Shown piece by piece: positions 25,186-32,194 of a DNA stretch of 32,194 bases. The notes below the pieces were generated by a model. That model had not been told where the DNA came from, did no database searches, and was given only the letters and a program-made list of their open reading frames with translations. The first letter of the stretch is position 1; every line of letters starts with the position of its first letter. Position numbers and translations under genes: made by a program. Source of the DNA: a virus (Duplodnaviria > Caudoviricetes). The DNA is taken from positions 1 through 32,194 of the IMG/VR virus record IMGVR_UViG_3300027797_002864. One strand, 5' to 3'.

Positions 25186-25836
25186 ATGAAGTCACAATAT
25201 GAATCAACTAAGGTAATTGAGTTAGGATCTTGCGCATTTAGACAATGGAGAGCAACACATTCACATTGTCGCTTTATTCATGGATATCAATTAATTGCTA
25301 AGTTTTGGTTTGGTGGATCACAATTAGATGATAATCACTGGTTAGTTGATTTTGGTGGTCTCAAACAGCTTAAAGCACAGCTCAATCATTTGTTTGATCA
25401 TACAACGTGTGTAGCTGGTGATGATCCTGAGCTTGAAACCTTTCGAGAGCTCGATCGTAAAGGCCTTATTCAATTACGAGTTTTTGACAAAGGAGTAGGT
25501 ATTGAACGTACAGCTGAAGTAGTTTTTGATATTGCTCAACAATATATTTGCTCATTAACAAGCGGGAGATGCTGGGTAGAAAAAGTAGAGGTATTTGAGC
25601 ATGAAGATAATTCAGCTATATATACAGCACCATCAAAAGCTGAACCTGTAGAAAGAATTGAGTCTCCCGCTGTCGTAGCAGAGACATCAACAGGTAATAC
25701 ATCTCTACCTGAACCACCAGCAGAGATTAATATTAGTGCAGCAACACCTACTCAAACACACAGCACAGCCGCTCCAGTCTTTAATAATGTATCGAGCGGT
25801 AAGGGAGGTTGGTTTGAAGGCACAACGTGGGGTTAA
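25186..25836 (+). CDS. queD: 6-carboxytetrahydropterin synthase QueD with a 70-aa C-terminal extension
   Basis: HC..IHGY, DFGGLK, FDH, G.E and VEV.EH..NSA.Y. Confidence 0.9.
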   Translation: MKSQYESTKVIELGSCAFRQWRATHSHCRFIHGYQLIAKFWFGGSQLDDNHWLVDFGGLKQLKAQLNHLFDHTTCVAGDDPELETFRELDRKGLIQLRVFDKGVGIERTAEVVFDIAQQYICSLTSGRCWVEKVEVFEHEDNSAIYTAPSKAEPVERIESPAVVAETSTGNTSLPEPPAEINISAATPTQTHSTAAPVFNNVSSGKGGWFEGTTWG

Positions 25837-26585
25837 ATACGTGGTATCCTCTCTAACGCTTTAACAATAAAGCGTAGTATCTTACTTCTAACGATTTCGG
25901 TTTCACCGAATCTAAAACAGTGAATGTGGTTAGAAGTACTTTCGTCGGTATCAAATGCACCTATAAGCTTATTGATACAGGTTTTGTTACCGATATCAGC
26001 TTGAAATGAGTCGCCACATAGGATGTATTTAGTATTGCGACCGAACCTAGTAAGAATAGTAATAGCTTCAGCCATATCTAGGTTTTGAAACTCGTCAACA
26101 ATAACAACAGCATCGTTAAAAGTTAGACCTCTAACAAAGTTAACAGGAATTGCTTGTAAAACATTGTTAGAATTAAGGAGATTAAAGGTGCCTTCATCTG
26201 TAATCTCCTTTACCTTTTCAAGTAATGGTGCAGCATAAGGTGAAAACTTATCATCAACCTCTCCGGGTAGAGCTCCAATAGATCTAGAAGCAGATTCTAC
26301 AACAGATCTAATATAGATGATTGATTTAATTTTCTGCTCTTTAAAAAGTTCAAGAGCTGCTAAAACAGATATATAACTCTTGCCGGTACCTGCAGGTCCA
26401 TCCACAAACACCATATTAGTTTCATCTTGTCTTATACAATCATAAAAATTTTTATGAAGCTCATTAAAATGAAAAGGTTTCTTAATTTTGAAATTTAAGA
26501 ACCAGTTCTGCTGTAAAGATGAACGTATCTCATTTACATCTTCCAACCCGTCACTTTTACGCTTACGCGCTACTTTACGAGACAT
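25833..26585 (-). CDS. phoH: PhoH-like ATPase
   Basis: GPAGTGKS, IG.LPG...K, RGLTF, VDEFQN, LTR.G, GD..Q.D and IVRS. Confidence 0.93.
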   Translation of the reverse strand: MSRKVARKRKSDGLEDVNEIRSSLQQNWFLNFKIKKPFHFNELHKNFYDCIRQDETNMVFVDGPAGTGKSYISVLAALELFKEQKIKSIIYIRSVVESASRSIGALPGEVDDKFSPYAAPLLEKVKEITDEGTFNLLNSNNVLQAIPVNFVRGLTFNDAVVIVDEFQNLDMAEAITILTRFGRNTKYILCGDSFQADIGNKTCINKLIGAFDTDESTSNHIHCFRFGETEIVRSKILRFIVKALERIPRI

Positions 26586-26594
26586 ATGTAAAAG

Positions 26595-26602
26595 TATTTA
26601 TA
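26595..26602 (-). promoter_or_regulatory. gp55-type late promoter (phoH)
   Basis: Exact TATAAATA on the minus strand, 9 nt before the ATG. Confidence 0.65.
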
Positions 26603-26648
26603 CTCATATAGGTATATAGCATATACAAAAAATAATTTTTATTTGAGA

Positions 26649-26676
26649 TTGAAATTTAAATGAACTACATTACAAT
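26649..26676 (+). promoter_or_regulatory. Sigma70-like promoter with GAACT spacer box (queE operon)
   Basis: TTGAAA-N7-GAACT-N4-TACAAT, 10 nt before the ATG. Confidence 0.7.
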
Positions 26677-26686
26677 TAGTTAAAGT

Positions 26687-27445
26687 ATGAATATTGACTG
26701 TGATAACGAAACTTTGTTTTTAAGTGATGACCTTATCTTCTATACTGTAGAAGGGGAAGGTAGACATATTGGTAAACCCTCTGTGTTTATGAGGATGTCA
26801 ATGTGTAACCTTACTTGTATCGGGTTCGCATCTGCAGATTCACCTAATGGTTGTGATTCGTATGTGTCCTGGTCAGTTAAGAATAAGATGACCTTTACTG
26901 AAATTTTTAGTTATATGGAGAGTAGAGGTTATATCGATAAACTACAGGCTGGCGCTATTTGGAAGCTTACTGGCGGTGAACCTCTGATTCAGCAGAATCA
27001 ATTACTTAAAATTTGTCAAGCGTTTAAGGAGAAGTATGGGTTCTTACCTCATATTGATTTTGAAACTAATGCTACTATAATGCCAAATCCTGGCTGGAGA
27101 AATTTTAAAGTTACTTTTACAACTTCACCTAAGCTAACTACTAACGGTGATCCAGAAGAAAAGACCTATAAACCAGATGTACTAAAATGGCATGTAAGAA
27201 ACGGTTCAGATTTTAAATTTGTAATAAGTAAATCAGAAGATTTAGATGAAATTTATAGAAAATACATTAACCCTGATGGCGATATTGGTGTACCTACTAC
27301 TAACGTCTGGTTTATGCCTTGTTGTGGCTCTAGAAATGAACATATTGAAAAAGCTCCAGCAGTAGTAGAATATGCTAAAGCAATGTGTGTAAACTTTAGT
27401 CCTCGTTTACATTTACTCGTCTGGGATCTTGCTTTAAAAGTTTAA
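26687..27445 (+). CDS. queE: 7-carboxy-7-deazaguanine synthase QueE (radical SAM)
   Basis: IFYT.EGEG...G.P.VF.R, CNLTC..CDS, TGGEP, ETN, SPK, KFV and PRLH..VW. Confidence 0.92.
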   Translation: MNIDCDNETLFLSDDLIFYTVEGEGRHIGKPSVFMRMSMCNLTCIGFASADSPNGCDSYVSWSVKNKMTFTEIFSYMESRGYIDKLQAGAIWKLTGGEPLIQQNQLLKICQAFKEKYGFLPHIDFETNATIMPNPGWRNFKVTFTTSPKLTTNGDPEEKTYKPDVLKWHVRNGSDFKFVISKSEDLDEIYRKYINPDGDIGVPTTNVWFMPCCGSRNEHIEKAPAVVEYAKAMCVNFSPRLHLLVWDLALKV

Positions 27446-27448
27446 TTT

Positions 27449-27817
27449 ATGAAACTATCAATACTACTTAACCTACTCAATCGATTAAAGATTGATCATT
27501 GGCAGACTGAAAGTCATGCAGAACATAAAGCTTTAGGTGAAGCATACGAAGAGCTTGATCCTCTTGTAGACAGACTAGTTGAAGTATATTACGGTCGAAA
27601 TCCGTTATGGAGAAAAGTACAGCTACCTACAGTTTATGCTTTAAAGTTACCAGCTTACGATAAATATCTATTAGAAGTATATACAACTATTCGAAATGAT
27701 CTTATGGAATACTTTAATAAATCCATTACTGCAAGTGATAGTGGTTCACTTAAAAATATTCAAGATGAAATCGAAGCCGCGTTAGATCAACTACTCTACA
27801 AATTAAGACAATCATGA
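27449..27817 (+). CDS. Ferritin/Dps-like protein (DUF5856-like)
   Basis: HWQT...A.HKAL...YE.L....D.LVE.Y.G and L.NI.DEI......LLY.L. Confidence 0.75.
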   Translation: MKLSILLNLLNRLKIDHWQTESHAEHKALGEAYEELDPLVDRLVEVYYGRNPLWRKVQLPTVYALKLPAYDKYLLEVYTTIRNDLMEYFNKSITASDSGSLKNIQDEIEAALDQLLYKLRQS

Positions 27818-28245
27818 AAAAAATTACTGCCACAGAGCTTAGACAAAGTGACCTCCTAAAACTTGTTTACAAGAAGACATTCCCAGATGGTGAATATAAC
27901 ATGCCTACATCTAAATGGCTAAAGGAAGAATATATTCCCTTTTATATTGGTGTTCTTAAAGAGCTAGATCTTTATGAATGGACTGAAAAATTTGACTGCG
28001 ATAATTTCGCTAGTCTATTTAGAGCACTAGCTCATATCTCTCATCGAAAAAGTAATGGTATTAATGAAGGAATTACAGTAGCAGAGATTCATTATACAGC
28101 TGCTGGAACTAATGGAGTATACGGTGACCATGCTATTAACATGGCATATACCGACGAAGGATGGGTCTTTATTGAACCTCAAAACGGTTCTATGAAAAAA
28201 TTAACTGAAGCAGAACAAAAATCTATTTTTTATGTACACATGTAA
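27814..28245 (+). CDS. Papain/transglutaminase-like cysteine hydrolase
   Basis: FDCDNFA ... HAIN ... FIEPQ gives a Cys-His-Glu triad pattern. Confidence 0.65.
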   Translation: MKKITATELRQSDLLKLVYKKTFPDGEYNMPTSKWLKEEYIPFYIGVLKELDLYEWTEKFDCDNFASLFRALAHISHRKSNGINEGITVAEIHYTAAGTNGVYGDHAINMAYTDEGWVFIEPQNGSMKKLTEAEQKSIFYVHM

Positions 28246-28390
28246 CCTCACTCTAGCAGCTACTTTATTGTTAGTAAGCTGTGAATCACCGAAATTTAAC
28301 AATAAAGTGCCAAATAGTGGAAAACCAATTCCAACTTACAAAACCGACGTAATTAAGACAGAATTTCCAAAAGTGAAATACGTTGAATAA
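28232..28390 (+). CDS. Small putative lipoprotein (52 aa), not in the ORF track
   Basis: MYTCNLTLAATLLLVSC-ESPKFNNKVPNSGKPIPTYKTDVIKTEFPKVKYVE*. Hydrophobic stretch plus lipobox-like LVSC. Fills the gap up to the next promoter. Confidence 0.6.
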   Translation: MYTCNLTLAATLLLVSCESPKFNNKVPNSGKPIPTYKTDVIKTEFPKVKYVE

Positions 28391-28393
28391 CGG

Positions 28394-28421
28394 TTGATTT
28401 ATCAATAAGATATATTAAATT
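28394..28421 (+). promoter_or_regulatory. Sigma70-like promoter (kinase)
   Basis: TTGATT-N16-TAAATT, 5 nt before the ATG. Confidence 0.5.
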
Positions 28422-28426
28422 TATTC

Positions 28427-29155
28427 ATGAGAATCGCGATATCTGGCTGCCAAAATACAGGTAAAACAACCCTGATTACTAACATACTTCAAGTATGGCC
28501 TCAGTATGTAACACCAGAAAAAACATATCGCGATTTAATTAAAGATAAACAACTACCTCACTCATCGCTCGCTTCAAAAGATACTCAGTTAGACATACTA
28601 AGTTTCATGATAGAGCAGATGGGTGATTATAATAAGGATAGTAAGGTAGTTTACGATCGATGCCCTATTGATAACCTAGTTTATACACTATGGTGTCATG
28701 ATAAAGGCATCGATGGGTTTGATAAAACCTTTGTTGATCAAACCATCTCTTTAGTTAAAGAATCAATGAGATCATTGGATATTATCTTCTTATTGAGGTA
28801 TGATGGATCCATTAAGATTGTGGACGATGGGTTAAGAGATACAAATCTAGAGTATATTAAAGAAATTGATAATATTTTCGATGTACTCTATCAACAATAT
28901 TATCATAATATTGAGTCAGATATCTTCTTTCCAAAAGACGACTCACCTTGCATTATACCATTACCTGCTAGTGGTCAGCAGCGTATTAATATTATATCTG
29001 AGTACTTAACACCAAGTGGTGAGTTGTATGGTGATGAAGAGTCTATATTTAACCCTAATAAATTGACTGAACTAGAAGCTCTTGTACAGCAACAAAAGCA
29101 CGCACTAGAGATGGAACAAAAAGAGCGTGCGATGTATGAGAAATTTAAAATCTAA
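28427..29155 (+). CDS. P-loop nucleoside/nucleotide kinase-like protein
   Basis: N-terminal IAISGCQNTGKTT, YDR..ID..VY and DDG.R lid. Confidence 0.75.
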   Translation: MRIAISGCQNTGKTTLITNILQVWPQYVTPEKTYRDLIKDKQLPHSSLASKDTQLDILSFMIEQMGDYNKDSKVVYDRCPIDNLVYTLWCHDKGIDGFDKTFVDQTISLVKESMRSLDIIFLLRYDGSIKIVDDGLRDTNLEYIKEIDNIFDVLYQQYYHNIESDIFFPKDDSPCIIPLPASGQQRINIISEYLTPSGELYGDEESIFNPNKLTELEALVQQQKHALEMEQKERAMYEKFKI

Positions 29156-29716
29156 TTAGATTGTTCTAAATTGACCACTTACAAGGTAGTTATTAGTGCC
29201 AATCCAGTAAACCTCATTTGCGCTGTAAGCAGATAACGTCACACCAGCTGTTGATCCGTTAATACTAACGCCAGTCCCAGGTATAATATCAACTGATCCA
29301 GAACCTGCTCTTAATATTTTAGTGTAAAAGTTAGTAGGTAGGTTTGCAGGTATAGTATATATTACCTTATTATCAAAAAGGGTTAAACCAACTATAGAGG
29401 TTGTATTAGTCGATATAAAGACCTGATTATTGTTTGTAGTGTCTAAAGTTTTATTAACGGTATTTGATATATAAACTGGGGATAATTTATTCTCCAAGTC
29501 TATTAAATCTGTACTAAGGGTCTGTGTATCAGTTTGTAAGTTATCAATAGTGGACTCAAAGGTGGTATTCTGTAAGGTAATAAAAAAGTCCTGATAATCA
29601 ATAATACTAGTACCGTCTGGTGTCTCAACTATCAAGAAGTCACCGTTATTGATATCATTAATCGACGGAAGCTCCTTTATGTTGACATAAAGACTATTTG
29701 TTGTGGTACTAGCCAT
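29156..29716 (-). CDS. Hypothetical late protein, probably tail/fibre-associated (186 aa)
   Basis: I.ELP.....N.GDFLIV N-terminus, short coiled coil, Thr/Asn/Gly-rich beta C-domain; late-type promoter. Confidence 0.6.
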   Translation of the reverse strand: MASTTTNSLYVNIKELPSINDINNGDFLIVETPDGTSIIDYQDFFITLQNTTFESTIDNLQTDTQTLSTDLIDLENKLSPVYISNTVNKTLDTTNNNQVFISTNTTSIVGLTLFDNKVIYTIPANLPTNFYTKILRAGSGSVDIIPGTGVSINGSTAGVTLSAYSANEVYWIGTNNYLVSGQFRTI

Positions 29717-29722
29717 ATATTT

Positions 29723-29730
29723 TATTTATT
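29723..29730 (-). promoter_or_regulatory. Late promoter variant
   Basis: AATAAATA 6 nt before ATG 29716, overlapping a CATAAATA. Confidence 0.5.
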
Positions 29731-29738
29731 TATGTAGA

Positions 29739-29766
29739 TTGATTTATACAAGTTATACATTAATTT
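29739..29766 (+). promoter_or_regulatory. Sigma70-like promoter (glycan cluster)
   Basis: TTGATT-N16-TAATTT, 5 nt before the ATG. Confidence 0.45.
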
Positions 29767-29771
29767 AATGT

Positions 29772-30617
29772 ATGAGGATAGGCGTGGGAATTATTACTTG
29801 CAATAGACAAGACTACTTAACTAACTTACTTACGTCTATAAAAGAGTGTGAGGTTATCAACGAGCTCGTTATTGTTAACGACGGTAAACATTTCGAGTCT
29901 TTAGAATTCGAAAAACCATATAGCTACTTGCTTAATGAAACTAATCTCGGCGTAGCAAAGTCTAAAAATAAAGCTATGCGACATCTGCTAAATAAAGGTT
30001 GTGATTATATCTTTATTATAGAAGATGACATGGTTATACTAGATAATTCTATTTTTAATAGATATATTGAAGCTCACAAAGCAAGCGGAATACACCACTT
30101 TAACTATGGTCCTGGATCGCCATTTAACCGTAAGCAGGTAATTAAAGACTTCGACTTACACAATAGACACTTATTGGATCAGGGTACGGAGCCCAATCCA
30201 AAATTAGTAGTAGACTATAATACAGCTAAAGTCTCACTATTTGAGCATACCGTTGCGATGTTTTCTTTCTTTACTAAAGATGTACTAGAAGAGGTTGGAT
30301 TAATTGATGAAAATTACTATAATGCTTGGGAGCATGTAGATCATACATACTGTATTATTAAAGCAGGATACCATCCTCCTTTCTGGTGGTTTGCTGACCT
30401 GTACGACAGTCACAAATACATAACAGAAGCTCCTAACGCAATTAATAACTCATCTATAGCTAATAACAAAGAACAATGGGAGAAGAATGTATATTCTGGT
30501 CGTGAAGTATACAAGAAAAAACACGGACATTATCCAAATCAACCACCATTTGTAACTAAAGAAAGTGTAATACAAGCCCTACGCCAAATTAAACATAAAC
30601 AAGATGCAAGAATTTAA
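29772..30617 (+). CDS. GT2-family glycosyltransferase
   Basis: GIITCNR, VNDG, NLGVA.SKN, IEDD, VGLIDE.Y and EH.D. Confidence 0.85.
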   Translation: MRIGVGIITCNRQDYLTNLLTSIKECEVINELVIVNDGKHFESLEFEKPYSYLLNETNLGVAKSKNKAMRHLLNKGCDYIFIIEDDMVILDNSIFNRYIEAHKASGIHHFNYGPGSPFNRKQVIKDFDLHNRHLLDQGTEPNPKLVVDYNTAKVSLFEHTVAMFSFFTKDVLEEVGLIDENYYNAWEHVDHTYCIIKAGYHPPFWWFADLYDSHKYITEAPNAINNSSIANNKEQWEKNVYSGREVYKKKHGHYPNQPPFVTKESVIQALRQIKHKQDARI

Positions 30618-31107
30618 AATAGAATCCGAAGATCCAATCGTGCACTGGCCAGATATAAACGTACAAAATAAAAACGTTTTAGATCTTGGGTGTGGTCGCT
30701 GGGACGAAACCGATCAAGCTAAAATGACTCCTATTTACCTTTTATCACAAGGAGCTAAAAGTCTAGTAGGTATTGATTCTTCTATAGAAGAAGTTAAATA
30801 TTTTCGTTCACTAAATTTACCTAACGCCAATTTCTTTGCTGAAAACATTAAAGATAGCTCTTTAGTTAAACTTATAATAAAGCAAAATAATATAAATGCT
30901 ATTAAAAGTGATATAGAAGGAAGAGAACTACTGTTTTTAGATTTTACACCTGAAGACGTATCTAATATTACATCTTTATATATAGAATATCACGGTCATT
31001 ATGTAAAGAATTTATTAATTCCAAAAATTACCAATCTTGGCTTTACTATTACAAAAATTGGTCATCTATGGATTGATGGCTTTGGTGTTCTTTTTTGCGA
31101 AAAATAA
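30604..31107 (+). CDS. SAM-dependent methyltransferase (FkbM-like)
   Basis: VLDLGCG, VGID, IKSDIEG.E and IEYH. Confidence 0.75.
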   Translation: MQEFKIESEDPIVHWPDINVQNKNVLDLGCGRWDETDQAKMTPIYLLSQGAKSLVGIDSSIEEVKYFRSLNLPNANFFAENIKDSSLVKLIIKQNNINAIKSDIEGRELLFLDFTPEDVSNITSLYIEYHGHYVKNLLIPKITNLGFTITKIGHLWIDGFGVLFCEK

Positions 31108-31108
31108 T

Positions 31109-31888
31109 ATGAAAAATATACATTTAAAGGTCTTCTTTCACGAAGGAGGATTTTTTTCAAACTTTAATAAAGTCGCTACATTTCTCGCTCTAACTACAGA
31201 TAACGTAGTTAAGATAACATGGAATTTACAAGGTCAACCTTACGGGGCATTTGCTTACAATTGTGGAGAGGTTTTTGGTAAGTTGTTCGAAGAATATGAT
31301 ACCGGAGAGTTCATACACGAAATTTGCGAATTAAAAGTATATACAAATACTGAATACACAGGTAAAGAAGCCTTTAATAAATATCAACAAACTGAGTGGA
31401 GAAATAACTTTAATAAAATATTAAAATATTTTAAACCAACTGATTTGCTGAGACCATACATAGATTCTATAGAACACAAATATATCTTTACGTCTGGTAA
31501 AGTTAATTTAATAGGTATATTAAAAAGAAACAATAGACTAAAGTGTGAGCAGCCAGACAACGTCTTACCTGAACTTTCTAATTATTTTGAAAAAATAGAT
31601 AAACTTAAAGATGAAAATACATACTTGTATCTAGCTGTAGATAATCTTTATGATATTAATTCATTTATTGAACGATATAAAAAATGCATTTATAATCCTA
31701 AATCTAGAAGAACTAATTTTTATACAGATGAAGAACCTCACTTTACACCTGGGTCAGTAGATGATGCTATTGCCACGTACATGGAAGTATTCACTCTTTC
31801 GAAATGTAAAGAATTTATACACCCAGTGTCAAATATGGCTACAGCAGTCATGTACTTTAATCCTAACATTAAAACAAACTACATATGA
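31109..31888 (+). CDS. NodZ/fucosyltransferase-like GT-B glycosyltransferase
   Basis: GGFFSNF, IGI..R, LYLAVD and E...LSKC..FI...SNMA. Start moved to 31109, 1 nt after the upstream stop. Confidence 0.65.
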   Translation: MKNIHLKVFFHEGGFFSNFNKVATFLALTTDNVVKITWNLQGQPYGAFAYNCGEVFGKLFEEYDTGEFIHEICELKVYTNTEYTGKEAFNKYQQTEWRNNFNKILKYFKPTDLLRPYIDSIEHKYIFTSGKVNLIGILKRNNRLKCEQPDNVLPELSNYFEKIDKLKDENTYLYLAVDNLYDINSFIERYKKCIYNPKSRRTNFYTDEEPHFTPGSVDDAIATYMEVFTLSKCKEFIHPVSNMATAVMYFNPNIKTNYI

Positions 31889-32194
31889 AAATAGCTATCC
31901 TAGTACCTTCGCGAGAGAGAATGAATAAACGATTAACTCTTATTGCCTCTATTTTAACAACCGTTAAAGATATAAATAATGTAACTCTATATTTAGGTGT
32001 TGATGAAGATGATCCAACATTACACTTAGCTGAAAAAATTAGTGAAGCTATACCGTTTGTAAAAATTATTAAGATACAAAATAACGGACAGTTTGTTGGT
32101 TTAGGTAAATTGTGGAATATATTGACTAAAGAATCTACAGAAGATATTATTTCGATGATAGGTGATGATATGGTATTCAGGACGCAAAATTGGG
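31885..32194 (+). CDS. GT2-like glycosyltransferase, 5' part only, runs off the window
   Basis: MKIAILVPSRER...LGVDEDD...LWN.L.......IISMIGDDMVFRT; ATGA overlap with the previous gene; not in the ORF track. Confidence 0.75.
   Translation, partial: MKIAILVPSRERMNKRLTLIASILTTVKDINNVTLYLGVDEDDPTLHLAEKISEAIPFVKIIKIQNNGQFVGLGKLWNILTKESTEDIISMIGDDMVFRTQNW

Noticed and set aside
1-32194. Stop-codon reassignment
   Set aside because: Conserved genes are full length in the standard code, and TAA, TAG and TGA are all used as stops.

Overview
An AT-rich, gene-dense 32 kb segment of a large T4-like tailed phage, probably uncultured, in the standard genetic code. No rRNA, tRNA, CRISPR array or transposon is visible. 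0.4-16.8 kb, mostly minus strand, is the replication/recombination core: DHH phosphoesterase, gp41 helicase, UvsX, gp43 PolB, gp46/47, gp55 late sigma, UvsW and UvsY. It is interleaved with two glycosyltransferases, a stand-alone class II glutamine amidotransferase and QueC. 16.8-23.3 kb, plus strand, is a probable late cluster whose proteins mostly start with T4 capsid-targeting-like leaders. It includes a PD-(D/E)XK-like nuclease, a KxDG ligase-like protein, an HxGH nucleotidyltransferase, a retropepsin-like protease and an oddly permuted gene duplication. 23.3-29.7 kb holds a pyrimidine-dimer glycosylase-like gene, folE, queD, phoH, queE, a ferritin-like gene, a papain-like gene, an unannotated small lipoprotein and a P-loop kinase. 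From 29.8 kb a glycan-synthesis cluster begins. The strongest leads are: (1) the 79-aa/137-aa duplicate pair, where the module missing from copy A sits as an extra module on copy B; (2) a putative virion-packaged enzyme toolkit; (3) a scattered 7-deazaguanine pathway with atypical QueC, QueD and QueE; (4) a recurring near-leaderless promoter class with a 16-bp spacer and a positionally fixed GAAC box. All product calls come from reading motifs by eye; no database search was run.
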